Source: Octopus sinensis
Lineage: Eukaryota
Assembly (NCBI RefSeq): GCF_006345805.1
Contig: NC_043009.1
Span: 40,920,001 to 40,984,000, forward strand
Direction: 5' to 3'
Length of the DNA: 64,000 nucleotides
Below are positions 40,514 through 54,601 of this stretch, piece after piece. Under the pieces are notes generated by a model, which was given only the letters and a program-made list of their open reading frames with translations, ran no database searches and was not told the DNA's origin. The translations under genes were made by a program, and so were the position numbers. Within the stretch, counting starts at the first letter, position 1; each line of letters starts with the position of its first letter.

Positions 40514-40633
40514 CTCGGTGCCAACTAATGTAGGTCGAATATATAAAGTATCACCAGGAGTTGCAGGAACCCAGTCAGCATCAAGAGAAACCAATTTTTT
40601 AATACATTCTACTAACTCTCTGCCATCAAATGT
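40514..40633 (-). CDS. BCAT: BCAT next internal exon (120 bp, phase 0/0): TFDGRELVECIKKLVSLDADWVPATPGDTLYIRPTLVGTE
   Basis: Contains the conserved FD..EL..CI..LV..D..WVP....LYIRPT..GTE segment. Acceptor cttctcttctttttcag|ACA, donor GAG|gtaagt; 40 codons, joining in frame to the 63326-63216 exon. Confidence 0.96.
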
Positions 40634-40862
40634 CTGAAAAAGAAGAGAAGTTCTTCTATAATATAAAATTATGAAATCATGATACAACGACACTACACCA
40701 ATGTGCAGACACATATTATCTATATGATAAAATATAAATAATATTTGACGGATATTATCTATATTATAAAATATAGATAAATAGAAATATTACATTTCTA
40801 AATCTCTTAGAGAGAGTTATGGAGTAACAGCACGATAAAGTGATGGCTTGTTGCCAACTTGA

Positions 40863-41042
40863 TGTGACAGTCCCAGGAAAGGAAAGAATATTACTGTTAT
40901 TTATCCCCAAGAAACACCGTTTCTAGTTAGCTATGTGACACAAGGATTAAGGAAACAACACTTGTGTTGAAAAGCCTACTAGAAATGGTGTTTTTTGGGG
41001 CTAAATAACAGTAACATTATTCCCTTTCCTGGGTCTGCCACA
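40863..41042. repeat. Fold-back inverted repeat, 70-bp arms, 40-bp loop
   Basis: tgtgacagtcccaggaaaggaaagaatattactgttatttatccccaagaaacacc pairs with ggtgttttttggggctaaataacagtaacattattccctttcctgggtctgccaca. Confidence 0.88.
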
Positions 41043-41419
41043 CCAAAAGGACAAAATATATAGATAGTATTCCTTTTAATTTTAGAACAAGGCTAATATG
41101 TTTGAAGAGTGCAGCAGGGAAAGTTGATTCTATGAACATCAATACTTCACTCATACTTATTTTATCAACTCCAAAAGGATGAAAGGCAAAGTTGATATCA
41201 GCAGGTTTTGAGCTCAGAACACATACAGCCAGAAGAAATACTGCTTAGCATTTGTCTCTCATGCGAACCATTCTGCCATCTCACTGGTTTATAGAATATA
41301 TAATATATAGATATATAAATGTATGAATACATATGCAAATATAAATGTGCATGTGTGTATATCTATGTATATATGTGTGTGTGTGTATATCTGCAAAAGT
41401 AATATGTGACAATTATTCC

Positions 41420-41593
41420 GTAGCCAAGATAAAACTCCGAGTTTCGGATGCCGAGGTGGAAATCCACGCCACCATCTCTTCAGTTATCCGGCCATCGGAT
41501 AAACGCCTATAAATCCAATGGCCAGATAACTGAAGAGATGGTGGCGTGGATTTCCACCTCAGCATCTGAAACTTGGAGTTTTATCTTGGCTAC
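41420..41593. repeat. Near-perfect palindrome, about 81-bp arms, 12-nt loop
   Basis: gtagccaagataaaactc...cagttatccggccatcggat pairs with atccaatggccagataactg...gagttttatcttggctac; 5 mismatches. Confidence 0.93.
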
Positions 41594-41784
41594 TATCTGT
41601 AATTCTGTCTTGACTTGAATGCAAAAATATGTCGCTCAAGAAGGACTTCACTTTGAACAATTTTCATGTTTCATATTTCGATTCTTTCATTAAATTCATT
41701 CAGTTATTAAGCATAAATAAATCATGGAATTAAATGGTTTTGACTTACTGTCCGGTGACTTTTGGCCAACCCCGTAAGTGAGCG

Positions 41785-41823
<39 letters not shown>

Positions 41824-42357
41824 AAGAGAGACACACACACACACATATATACCTAATATGTTTTATATACTTGCAATGAAATAATCCTTAATAATTGGAT
41901 TTATAGGATTTCAACTGCAGAGGACTCTACATTACAACTCTTTGTTTTGGTTTACTCTGTGGTTTGTAGCCTAATCCACTAACAGAACTTTTTGTGCATA
42001 CCACTGGATTAGTTAAATCCATATACTATGCCTTATCTCTTATATAAAATCTTGTATAAAATCTCAGTAATGTTTATATGCATTCACTACTGGTTGCATA
42101 TTCTTGACATTTAGCACACTCCATCTGCCAAAATTACAACTATCACATAATTCTGAGCCCCTTGAAACAGCTGTTAGACGTGAAATACTGTGCCCCCTCC
42201 CCTTAATTTTGTGTATCTTTTGTATGCCATACAAATTTGTTCTTTAAATACATAAACATCTATATGTTTATACATGAATGTGCATCTTCAGAACATTTTC
42301 AGATTTTGTTTCTTTCTATATATAGCCCTATATATACTTACACATGATACATATAGC

Positions 42358-42405
<48 letters not shown>

Positions 42406-42548
42406 TTGAGTAATTGAATGAATTATCTTGTTAAGGATAATTCGAAAGATAACCGATACCTGGGTAGCAAATTCACATCAGAAAGAACACGGTTGAAGCT
42501 ACGTCCCTAGGGCATAGACTACGTGTCTTCATGCGGAAATTTGTATGT

Positions 42549-42672
42549 TTATTTTAAAATTATATGAAAGAATGGAGTTGAACAACTAGTTAACAAATAT
42601 CCTTTATATATGTCGAGAATAAAGGATATTTGTTAACTAGTCGTTCAACTCCATTCTTTCATATAATTTTAA

Positions 42673-42677
<5 letters not shown>
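42549..42677. repeat. Near-perfect palindrome, 59-bp arms, 11-nt loop, in an element set within (TA)n
   Basis: ttattttaaaattatatgaaagaatggagttgaac...atccttta pairs with taaaggat...ttttaaaataa; one mismatch; (TA)n on both sides of 42406-42677. Confidence 0.92.
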
Positions 42678-42722
<45 letters not shown>

Positions 42723-44275
42723 TTATATGCATATTTTATAAATCAAGCCCATGTATGTTTATTTGTTTATTTGCATCATTATCTCCATATTAGTCCGTCT
42801 GTATTCCTCTCATAGCCACTCTTTAACCTATGGACTTAGTATATGATGAAGATTTTGGAGTGTAAGTTCACATCACTTGAGCACTACAACATGTTTTCTA
42901 TATTGAGTATCTTTGGATCTCACCTGTTGACTCTGTGCGTGTGTGTGTATACATACATATAGATATATGTATATGTATGTATACAATTTTTTTTTTTAAA
43001 TTGAGGTTAGTAATTCTTGATAAAATAGTTAAACTTAAATGTATATAATATTAATGAAACTGGCATGAGTCTGATGTGCAAGTGTATGTGAGTAAGCATA
43101 TATGTATGTATCTATGTATGTGTGTGTATATATATATATATATATATGAGGAAGGAGAGAGGTGAGTATCTGATTAGCAGTAAAATAGTATAGCAGTGTT
43201 AAAAAAAAATTAAAAAATCAGAAATCAATAATTCGGGATCTTCAATTATAGATTAAAGATTGATCTAGTGTCATTAATTTATTTTGGACACAAAATAAAA
43301 AACAAAACAAAAAAGAAAAAGAAAACATACGTACACACAATACACAACATATACACAGACACACACATGCAAATAAAAATAAAAAAAAAAGAGAGAAAGA
43401 AAGACAAGCAGAATCAATCAATAATGGAAGTTGCTTGATGATGGGAAATAGAAAAATGTTTAGGTGCCAATAACAAAATAAATTCTAGAGGAACACAATT
43501 AAAATTTTGCCAACGCTAGAATGTGATGTTGTGGAAGTAATATGTCTTGCTGAGCTGTCATTCAATTCCTCACTGGAGACTTTAATTATCTGCCTACATC
43601 ATGTAACTGAGTTCTAATCTTGGCGAGCGTACGGATGCAGATGAGAATAAAATTCAGACTAATTGGTTGCGAGTAAAAACTAATAACTGCGCTATGGAAA
43701 TCATCACAAGATAATGATAACGGTTAATTAGAGTTTTGCTGTGATTCAAAAATAAACCTGAACAAGGGAAGTCCATTGGCTTTGAAGTGCGAGAAATAAT
43801 GGCCAATTTGTTTGGAGTTGTTCAAGACTAAGGCAGGATCTGGTAATGACAGCATCGCCAGAGACAGAGACAGAGGGTATGGTATGTTTGCTACTACTTG
43901 CCGATGCCAGACTCTGGCCCTTAGAGTGACTTAAGAGCTCTCTTTCCGCAGCTCATCTCTGTTCAACTGTTTTGAGTGTTATTGAAAGACAAAATTATTC
44001 TCCGCTGGTGAAAGCTGTCACCAGAGAAAGGAATAAAAGACATAAAGCTAGTCTCTCTCTCTCTCTCTCTTTTCCGACCGATGCCATCCTACCTACTTCT
44101 CCTCCCACTGCAGCTCTGGGGATATGGTGGTGGTGGTGGTAGGGGAGAAGGGGTGGATGTCAGTGCAAAGACAAGGGAATTAAAGTGATTTACTGACATG
44201 TCCTTCGCCTAATAAAAGAATTTTGCTTTAATGAAAAGAAAGAGGAACGGAATAATAAATGGCAGCACACAAAGT

Positions 44276-44312
<37 letters not shown>

Positions 44313-44754
44313 GGAGAGAGAAAGAGAAAGAGAGAGAAGAGAGAGAGAGAAAGAGAGAGAACTATGATTTTTCATGCTTGAAGTGACATTTATGGCGGGA
44401 TTATCCTTTCTGCCCCCTCCCCTGGGAGGCAATAGGATGAGGGGCAGGGGTGTTGATGGTAGAATGAAGTGGGGGGCGGATTTCCTTCTGTCCTGCCATG
44501 GTGGCAGTGATGGCGGCGAAGCAAAGAGAAAGGCGTTGGAGTGAGGGGGGAAGAGAAAGAGGCGAGAGAGAGAGAGGTGCAAAGTCCCGTAAATTGTGAA
44601 ATATCATCCAAGTCCATTAAAAGAAAGGAAAGCCCCACCCTCCACTCCACCGAAACAGAGAAATGATAAATAAAAACAAAACACGAACAATAAGCTAAGG
44701 TGGGGAAAAAATGTAAGATATCAAAGAAACAGACAATAATTACGAGAGAAAGAT

Positions 44755-44785
44755 ATGAAACATCATTGTAAAACATCTAATGATG

Positions 44786-44819
<34 letters not shown>

Positions 44820-45143
44820 CAATCATAACAATAATAATATGAAGAACAATAACAATAACAATGGTAATAATGGCAATAATAGTGATAATAACGACTTCTT
44901 TTATTATGTTATATTACTTTTTATTTATCATAATAATGATAATGACGATAGCTTCTGATTTAGGCACAAGGCCAGAATAACAACAACAACAACAACTACT
45001 ACAATAGCAATAACAATGATTTCTTTTATTATATCACATTACTTTTTATTTCTAATAATAATAATAAGAAGAAGAAGAAGAAGATGGATGATAATAATAA
45101 TAAAAATAAAATAATGAGAAGGATGAAACTATTAATAATAATA

Positions 45144-45225
<82 letters not shown>

Positions 45226-45260
45226 TGATAATAATAATAATGATAATAATAATAATAATG

Positions 45261-45291
<31 letters not shown>

Positions 45292-45293
45292 TG

Positions 45294-45327
<34 letters not shown>

Positions 45328-45345
45328 TGATGATGATGATGTAAA
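44755..45345. repeat. Extended (TAA)n/(GAT)n microsatellite complex
   Basis: Direct reading. Confidence 0.9.
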
Positions 45346-46718
45346 AAGCAAACAAAAAAATAATCCAAATGAAGAAGAAATTAAGAGAATTGGGCTAATT
45401 GTGCTGATGATATTTGACAAACTTTTGAGAGAGAATTTTCTGGCCATAATTCTTGAGTGACATAGAATTGATGTCACCTTATGGCATATAATAACTGGGA
45501 TTAATGATATCTATTTAGTTGTAGATTTAGTGAACAAGAATAGTAAAAAAAAAAAAAAAAATAATAATAATAATAATTTTTAAAAAAAGTAGGAGGAGGG
45601 AGTGTCTTTAGAAGAGATAAGTAGCCTGGCAATTAAAACAGGTAAATGAAGCTGGAATGTGTAATGACAAACCCCTCCAAATGGTGAGGATACTTTCAAA
45701 GAGCCCCTTCCTCACAGAGATATTTTTAAAAAGATATTTTACAAAGATATTTTTTCCTTTGTTCTAATTTTGTAATTTCTTTGGGATTTTTTTTCTCTTG
45801 ACCCATCCACCCACCTTGCTGCTGCAGTTACCTACCATTCCATGTTGCCATATATTTCAAAAAAACCCATCTTGATGTTCAAAATTAATATACAGAAATT
45901 GAAGAAAAAAATGTATAGAAGTGGATTTATTTTTAGTTATGTTTCGGTGAAGGTGCGAAGGTGTGTGGGTGGTCTGATGGTTAAATTTAGAAGAGTTAGA
46001 CATGAGGGGCTGTAAGATTGTGGTTTCAATTCTCAGACCAGGCAGTGCTGTGTTCTTGAACAAAAGCACTTCAGCATCATCATTATTTAATGTCTGTTTT
46101 CTATACTGGTATGGGTTGGACAGTTTGACTGGAGCTGTGAAGGCCATGGGCTACACCAGACTTCATTATCTGTTCTGGGACGGTTCCTATGGCTCGATGC
46201 TCTTCCTAATGCCAACCAGACCACAGATTGTACTGAGTGCTTTTTAAGTGGCACCAGCATATTATTTCATATTATTTTACTCTACTCAGTTGGAAATATG
46301 TACCAGTAACATCTAGGGGGTTAACTCTACAACGGACTTGCAGTCTGTTGAGAAGGAAGGTAATATTATATTCTCACTTGCCAAGGAAACTGGAAATAAG
46401 TTCTGGCATATTGAAGCTGCAGGTATGTAACAGACATAAGACTTTAGATATTGTTACTTACCCCTAATTCAGGCCTTACTGATCAATCCTTTGATCAAAG
46501 GCATTCCAGCCATGACCATTCCATCATTGTTCTGCTGTCAAAAACAGTGCATAAAATCGGCCTTATCTGATGTGTACTTCCTTTAACAAGATGTTAGGCT
46601 ATGATTTGAGAGAAATTCAGCTACTACTTCTAGCAGGTACAGCAACTATGTAGAGATATCATTCTTGTATTTATTAATTCTTAGGTCAGTCCTGATTCAG
46701 CAGTTTCATGATCAAAAG

Positions 46719-46968
46719 CAATGGTTCCCTATCAGTTTTTACTTGTGGACCCTTTTGATTCCTATTTTACTCAGATGGACCCTCACGGCAATTTGATGAT
46801 TAAAAAATCCTATATTTTTATAATTAAATGTTACACGGAATTTTATTTTAAAAATTGTTAAAATATTTTGTGTGTCATAGCAGATTTTATTGTACATAAA
46901 TTTTAACAGCAAAATTTTAAATGAACTCACAAAGGTCATGTGGACCCCAGTTGAGAACCGAACCACCG
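46719..46968. mobile_element. hAT/Charlie-type MITE, 250 bp
   Basis: Ends caatggttccc... and ...ttgagaaccgaaccaccg; 8-bp TSD atcaaaag / atcaaatg (1 mismatch). Confidence 0.6.
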
Positions 46969-47049
46969 ATCAAATGCATTGCTGCCATGACAATCCTGCC
47001 TTTTTGCACATCAGCAACTGCATTGCCCTCCCTTCTTTTCTGTCTTCCT

Positions 47050-47450
47050 TTTTCTTCCCAATTGATCAAAGGAACAAAAGCTACTGACAAGACTCTTCTC
47101 ACACTCCCACATCCACCCTCACTCACGCTCAAGTCACCCTCAGCTCTTTAACTCAACACTATCATTCATACTATCTATTGGTATGGAACCCACTTAGTTT
47201 CGATCCCCCATCTCTTCCATCCACATCACATGACTTCTCATAACCATTTCAAGAACTATGTATAACAGACCACACAATGATAGCACCAGTGTGTATAGTA
47301 TGCTTTAACTCTCCTCTATTGCCAGTCAACACCCACTCTTCACTCTGACTGTCATTATCATACACCTACTTTTCCCCCACACAACATATTCAGGGTCTTC
47401 CTCTGTCATTGGCCACATGACCTTGTTTACACATGTCTCAAAACATAGAG
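47050..47450 (-). mobile_element. Highly degenerate RTE-like LINE fragment
   Basis: Broken minus frames recall ETWPMTEEDLNML and ..GHVM.MEE of RTE C-termini. Confidence 0.4.
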
Positions 47451-49122
47451 TAACCCTATCTATCTTTCAAAGCCGCTCACTCTGCAAAGAGCTAAACAAA
47501 CCTGCTGAGATATGAGGTCAAGATGTCTGTTCAGTTGTGCCATGGATATAGCCACCTCTCTAATGCTGGTGCTACATAAAAACACACCCAGTACACTCTG
47601 TGCACAAGGCTGACAGGATCCTTTAGTCTTCTTGATGACACAACACTTCCCTAGTGCTGGTGTCATGATTAAAAGCACCTGGTACATGTTGTAGAGTGGT
47701 GTAGAAACCAAGTCAAAATTGAAATTCAAAAGCAAGATGCGGTATACTGACCCATTTAAGTGAGAGGTAATGATCCATTTTGACACCAAATATGTGCTGA
47801 CTCCAGCTTTAGCATTTATGATGATGTATTTTTATATACCTTTTCATTTTTTATACTTAAGTCACTGGACTGTGGCCATGCTGGAGCATTGTCTTAAAAA
47901 GGCTTTAATTGAACACATTAATCCTTATTTTTAAGCCTGGTACTTATCCTAAAGGTCTCTTTTGCTGAACCACTAAGTTACAGGGATGTAAAGAAACTAA
48001 TGCCAGTTGTCAAGCACTGTGTGTGTGTGTGTAGGAAAATACACACACATGACAGGCTTTCCTACAGTTTCCATCTGCCAAATCCACTTACATGGCATTA
48101 GTTGGCTTGGGACCAAAGTAGAAGAAACTTATTCAAGGTACTACACAGTGGGACTGAACACAATACCCTGTGGTCACAAAGCAAGCTTCTTAACCACACA
48201 GGCAAGTCTGCACTTCTCTGTCTATCTATCTCTCAAGTATATACATGATATATATATATATATATATAATATATATATATATACACACAAATTTATGTAA
48301 ATGATTAATTAATATTTAGATTTAGGAGAAAAGTATTGATGTAGGTCTCTGTAAATGGCAGCTATTACAAAATAACTAATGCTGCAGTAAAATGTATAAC
48401 ATTCGTTCAAACCAAAATGAACATCTCAAAAGATTAATGAGAATTAAAGCGAATGTAGCAGCAGTGCTAATTTGAGCATACAGTCTCAGGGTGAAGAGGG
48501 TGAATACTAATTAGAATGCCTGTGGGGGTCAATTAATTAAAGTTAATATATCTTGCTGCATCTAAGCTATTTAGACTGAATTAAATAATCCCTCTAGGGT
48601 CATTGCTAATTAGAGGCAATAGGTTTGTAGGATCATTTACGATTAAGCAAGGTAAAAGTAGAGCGAAAGAGGGGGGACTATCATATTTAATTATTTCACC
48701 TTTGTCTTTGAAATGTGAAGCACAGATGATAAAAGTCAAACTAGCAATCCCCTGAGTATGTGGAACTGTAGAAGATTAATATTTCTAAAATTAAACGAAT
48801 GAGATATCAGGCCTCGTTAGAAAGTGTAATTGTTCTCTCAACAATTGACAGCAATAATGATGGTACTATCTGAAATAAATTACACCCGATCGTCAGTAGA
48901 AGACAATTAATTATTGTGGAAAGTATTCGAGATGTTTGTTTTCTCAAACAGGTACAAGGCCAGAGATATTTTGCCAAATGTATTTATATAATGTATATTT
49001 ATAGTAAGTGAAGAATGGTGTAGATGGCATTGCAATTTCAGACAACACCTGGTGCACATAGGTACTGCCTGAGGTAAACACCTGGATTATCAGATCTCTT
49101 CTTGCTTGCTATATATATATAT

Positions 49123-49156
<34 letters not shown>

Positions 49157-50527
49157 CTGTTTAACATCCGCTTTCCATGCTAGCATGGGTTGAACGATTT
49201 GACAGAGGACTGGCGAACCAAATGGCTGCATCAGGCTCCAATCTTGATCTGGCAGAGTTTCTACACCTGGATGCCCTTCCTAATGCCAACCACTCCAAGA
49301 GAGTAGTGGGTGCTTTTACGTGTCATCAGCATGAGGGCCAGTCAGGCAGTACGACCATATATTCTGATTGTTGGGGTGCGTGTATATATATATGCCCTCC
49401 TCCTCCTCCTCCTCTTCATAATGATGATGGTTTTTACATCCATTTTTCCTTGTTTGCATGAATTGGATGGGATCTACTGAGGCAGACTTTTTACAACAAA
49501 ATGCCTTTCCTGCCACCAATCCCCAAGTTAAATAATATTTATCCCAGCCCAGACATGTTTTCACAGAATACTGGAAATCAATGGCATTGATGTACAACAA
49601 CCATGTGATGTCAAGATGAGGAAACACAATGGAATTCTTTTGGTTTCCTTCTAGCAAATCAACTCAGAAGGCTTTAGTCAGTCCAGGACTATATTAGAAG
49701 AGACTTGCTCAAGATATCATGCAGTAGGACTGAAGCCCGAACCATGAGATTAGAAAGTAATCTTATTAACCATAGAGCTACACCTGTCTGACTCTAGCCA
49801 GAATGGAAGATAGATGTTAAATGACGATGATGACAACAATGACAATATGTAAACAGAATGCTGTGACACCCAAGCCTTAATTTTCATAAAGGCATTATTC
49901 TTATGAACAAAATTTAATGCTTTCAGACAAGAATTGAATTTAAGTCATAGATGTTATTTACAAGAATTTACCAATTTTCTATGACAAAAGATCACGGAAA
50001 TAAGAGAGTAAAGATTGTTGGTCTTTAACTGGTAATTGCAATGAATATATATACAACAAACTAACAGGAAATGGTAGCTTGTGACTTATCCTGAAGTTGC
50101 ATAAGGCTTATGGGATTAAAAATTGACAGCTTTTGATATGCCCATTAATAATTCTTTACATCTTGAAAATTTTCCAAGTCAAAAACCCAGTCCTGTAATG
50201 AATGACGTAAGAAGGCATTAGAGTTTCCTCCCTTACATTAGAGAGGTTCTCTTCCTCCTCCTCATCATTTTAGCATCCGCATTTTTCATGTTCACATGGT
50301 TTGAAGTGAGCTTTCTATAGCTGGATGCCATTCCTGTCATCAACTCTCACTTACTTCTAAGTAAAGTAAGGGTTGGATATGTTTTCACAGAAGACTGGAA
50401 ATGAAAGATGCTGTTTGCATGACAGTAACACGTTTTACAGCTATCAGGTGAAGTCAAGGCAAGAAGACAGTAGCACAAATGCACACATATTTTATACACA
50501 CACACAACATATATCCCCAACTCCATC

Positions 50528-50882
50528 AGTCATGAATGACCATGGGTGCACCTAAGAGGTTCCCCTCTGGGTTACAAGCCTGGGTGGAAAGATGCCTCAC
50601 AGGTGAACGCACAACCAGGGTTGCTTTTATGGAAGACCAGCAGCTGCCCATGCATACCGGCCTCCCTTTTCCACACCACCAGTGTTATCCAAGGGAAAGG
50701 CAAAGGTCGATACTGCTTGGCACCTGTGACATCGCAACTCATTTCTACAGCTGAGTGAACTGGAGCATTGTGAAATAAAGTGCCTTGCTCAAGAACACAA
50801 CACATAACCCGGTCCAGGATTCCAACTCACAACCTCATGATCGTAAGCACAATGGTCTAACCACTGAGCTATGCACCTTCAC
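50528..50882 (-). mobile_element. SINE family G
   Basis: Homologous to 19725-20045. Confidence 0.75.
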
Positions 50883-51726
50883 ACACACACCCACACACAT
50901 ATATAAGTATATTATTAAGGAGAGAGATGGAAAATAGAATATATAACTGTTATTGGACTGTTATTGGTCACTACAATCATTTTGACCCATCTAGCAACTA
51001 TCCCTCGTGGGTGGGATGCTGTATCCAACGAACACTGAGGAATTCCTGAGGTAGATCTAGTTACATTTATAATAATACCGTGGATGACTTCAGTTTGCCA
51101 TAGACAGTGAATGTGTTTTACCAGCAAACTACCAGTGTATAACATTTTCTTAATTAGCTACTAAGTATGTATATGTATATAGATTGTTAGCCACAACACA
51201 CATTTTTTTTCTCTCCTTATACTAAATACATCTGTTTGTTTTGTACACTACCTGTCTTCGTCTTTTGTTTTTTTGTAAACTCTCCCAATATATATATATA
51301 CATATATATATCACCATCATCAGTAACATCTGTTTTCCATGCTGGCATAATAAGTTGAACAGTTTGACCATGGCTGGTAAGCTGAGGGACTGTACCAGAC
51401 TCTAGTCTGATTTGGCATTGTTTCCATGGCCATATGTCCATCCTAATACCATCCTGAGAGTGTAATGGGTGCTTTTATGTACCACCAGTATCTACCACAA
51501 CTACGATTTCACTTGGCTTAATGGATCTTATGACAGGCTTCTTTAAATTTCCATCTACTAAAGCCACTCATAATGCTTTGACCAACCTGGGGCTGTGTAG
51601 AAGACACTTGCCCAAGGTGCCATGCAGTGAGGCTGAACCTGGAACCATGGGTTTACAAAGCAAACTTCTTAGTACATCACCATGTCTGTGTTTATTATTG
51701 CCTTCAAAATGAATGTGAACAAAGTA

Positions 51727-52228
51727 TTGGGTTGTCCGGAAAGTTCATGCCATTACCTTTCAACTTATTTTAGAACATGGTTGAGTACATAAAATAGGAA
51801 GAAGGTTTATGTTCCTATAACCTGTGTTAATTCTGTAACCCTTTAAAATGGGAAGATAAAAAAGTTCATTTTCGGCTCTTGATGCTTTGGGAACCAGACA
51901 AAAATTGCTGCAGCTTGGCTGGGATGTGTTACCCCACCCTCTATATTCACCAGATATTGCTCCTTCGGATTTCCACTTATTCAGGTCTCTGCAGAATAGT
52001 CTTAATGGTAAAAATTTCAATTCTTTGGATGACGTAAAAAGATACCTTGATGAATTCTTTGCCATAAAACCACCTCAATTCTGGAAAGAGGGTATTTTCA
52101 AGTTAAAGGAAAGATGGAGACACATTGGGCAACAAAATGGTTCATATTTGGTTGATTAAAAATGTAATGGTATTTATTGATCTTTTTCTTTCCTTTAAAA
52201 ATCGGCATGAACTTTCTGGACAACCCAA
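51727..52228 (+). mobile_element. Internally deleted mariner (502 bp), both TIRs, TA TSD
   Basis: TIR ttgggttgtcc(g/a)gaaagttcatgcc at both ends; TA at 51725-26 and 52229-30; retains an open C-terminus LPHPLYSPDIAPSDFHLF...KERW...D*. Confidence 0.92.
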
Positions 52229-54516
52229 TAAAATAATTTTGGTATCATGTAGTACAGAATTGTTTGATTGAGGGAGTTTTGTGTGCCTTACAGGAAGATA
52301 ATAAATAAAAACCAAGTGAAATCATTAATGCTGATGCTCTTGTCATTTAACTGGCACCCATGTCAGTGGCACATAAAAGCACCCATTATACTCTTGGAGT
52401 GGTTGATGTTAGGAAGGGCATCCAGCTGTAGAAACCATGTCAAATCAGACTGGAACCTGGTGTAGCCCTACAGCATACCAGTTTTAGTCAAACCATCTAA
52501 CCCATGCCAGTATGGAAAGCAGATGCTAAATGCTGACGATGACTACAAAATTTTGCGATTTTTCATATTTAGAATTCTTATAAATTTTTAAATATAAAAT
52601 TTTTTTTAAATCACAAAAAAAACAATTCTAAAAGACCAATTTTAGAACAGCTGTCAGTTACTTGAAGTAACAGGTTTGTTATCACTACTAGACGGCATTT
52701 AAATGAAGTGACTATAATGATTTACAATCTCCTCTAAGTTGTTTAGATCATTAAGTGTTTTTCTTTAATTACGTCTTCTGATTAGTAATTTCAGATGTAA
52801 AAATGAACTGGCAAAGAAGAATTAGACTGTCCATCATCAAAGTCGCCGTTTAAATTTGATTGAGTAGAATCGTTTAGACAACGAACGTGAACATATGAAC
52901 TAGATATTTTCACAGAAACACAGAGCTGGTGATAAAAAGAAAAAGGCCCACTAAAATTAGTATAGGAATGTGTATAAAAGATCAAAGATACGCTCATGAA
53001 AAGGACAGCACAATATAATTTTAGCACATTGTTTTCTGTTTTTCGACAGTAGTATATGAGTCAATAGCTGTGGAGAAAGTAATAACTTCACAGTATACTA
53101 GGACACTAACAAAACATTATTTCTTGCAAGCAACGACCAGGTAAAATGTACACATATACGAGTTCTTATTTAGAAATACAGGTTCATAGTGTCTTACTTT
53201 CCCTTAGCTCTCAATAAAGATCAAACAAAGACGTCAATCAAAATCGGTTTACGTATTGCTGCATGATTTGTCAAACGGACAGGAAATTCCAAGCCTGTGT
53301 AATTCCGTGAGTTGGCTAGGAAGAGATCATTTTAACTGAAATTAGAAAGCCGTTGCCTCATATGAATACCAAGGAAATCAATTGGGTTTGTTTGCAGGAA
53401 AATGACTGCAACAAACAATAGACTAGGAAATTGAAAAGGAAAAATTAGCTGAACCTCAGGTCAGAGTTGGCTGGTTTTCTATAGCTTTTATGCCTTTGTT
53501 GTTTTATCTTTTTTAATCCTAGCGTGTTCTAGAGGAAATCCCATACCATGTTAATTCAGAAAATTACAGCCGCCGAAATCCGAAATAAGTAAATGAAGAA
53601 TCTTTATATTCTTTGGTAGTGAGGAATCACAACTCCAGCACTAATACGCTTCTGATGGCGGGGCACCAAAAATCACACTTGCTACTGGCCATTATGTTAA
53701 CGGCAAGCAGCAAAGAAGCTATGCCCAGTTATTAGAATGTCCCAATTCTACAGTGACCACAATCAAAACTTCCAGACAATTCCCCAGAATTTATTGAATC
53801 TATTTTGATCCTTTCAAACAATATTCCCAATCTATCTGAGGATACGTCTTTTTTTTTTTTTTGGTTTATCTTTCTTTCTTTTTTTTCCTTCCTATCCTAA
53901 TCTTTATTGGCAAATATACAACTTCTATTATGACAGTATAAGTTATCAGTTTTATTGATAAAGATCAATCTTTTCATAGGATCTTAGAATATTGAAAGGC
54001 TCTGGAAATAATAAAATATACATTAAAGAAGTACCAAAAGAATAAATGAAAGGTTAGCCATAAACTAATTGACGGCATTGGTTTGATTCTTAAAGAAATT
54101 AAAAAGGTAATAAAAAACAAACACACAAAACAAGCAAATAAAATATTACTGACTTTTGCGATCTGTAGAAAAGCTAAAAGACATTCTATGAAATTATGAA
54201 AATGCATCTAAAAGCTTCAAGTTTGGTTTTTCCTTGTAGTTTTGCAGTAAATAAACCAATTGAAAATATTGATAAAAAGCTATCAGGATATTCCTTAGTG
54301 TTAAAAGTAAAGTATTTTTTTTTTAATATATAACACATGATAGTTATGGCGGGAATGTTTTTGATCATAGGTATTTTTTTCCCCCAAACATTAACCTAGG
54401 GTTAAATAACAATTCTAAAGGAACACTGTTCTATCTCACACACACATGTATATATATATATATACATACATATTATATGTAAATCTAAGTATATATATAT
54501 ATGTATATATTATACA

Positions 54517-54553
<37 letters not shown>

Positions 54554-54558
54554 TATAC

Positions 54559-54601
<43 letters not shown>

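Noticed and set aside
53505-53595. Plus-strand pseudo-exon (tttttaatcctag|CGT..., RVLEEIPYHVNSENYSRRNPK*)
   Set aside because: Short, no recognisable homology and no partner exons.
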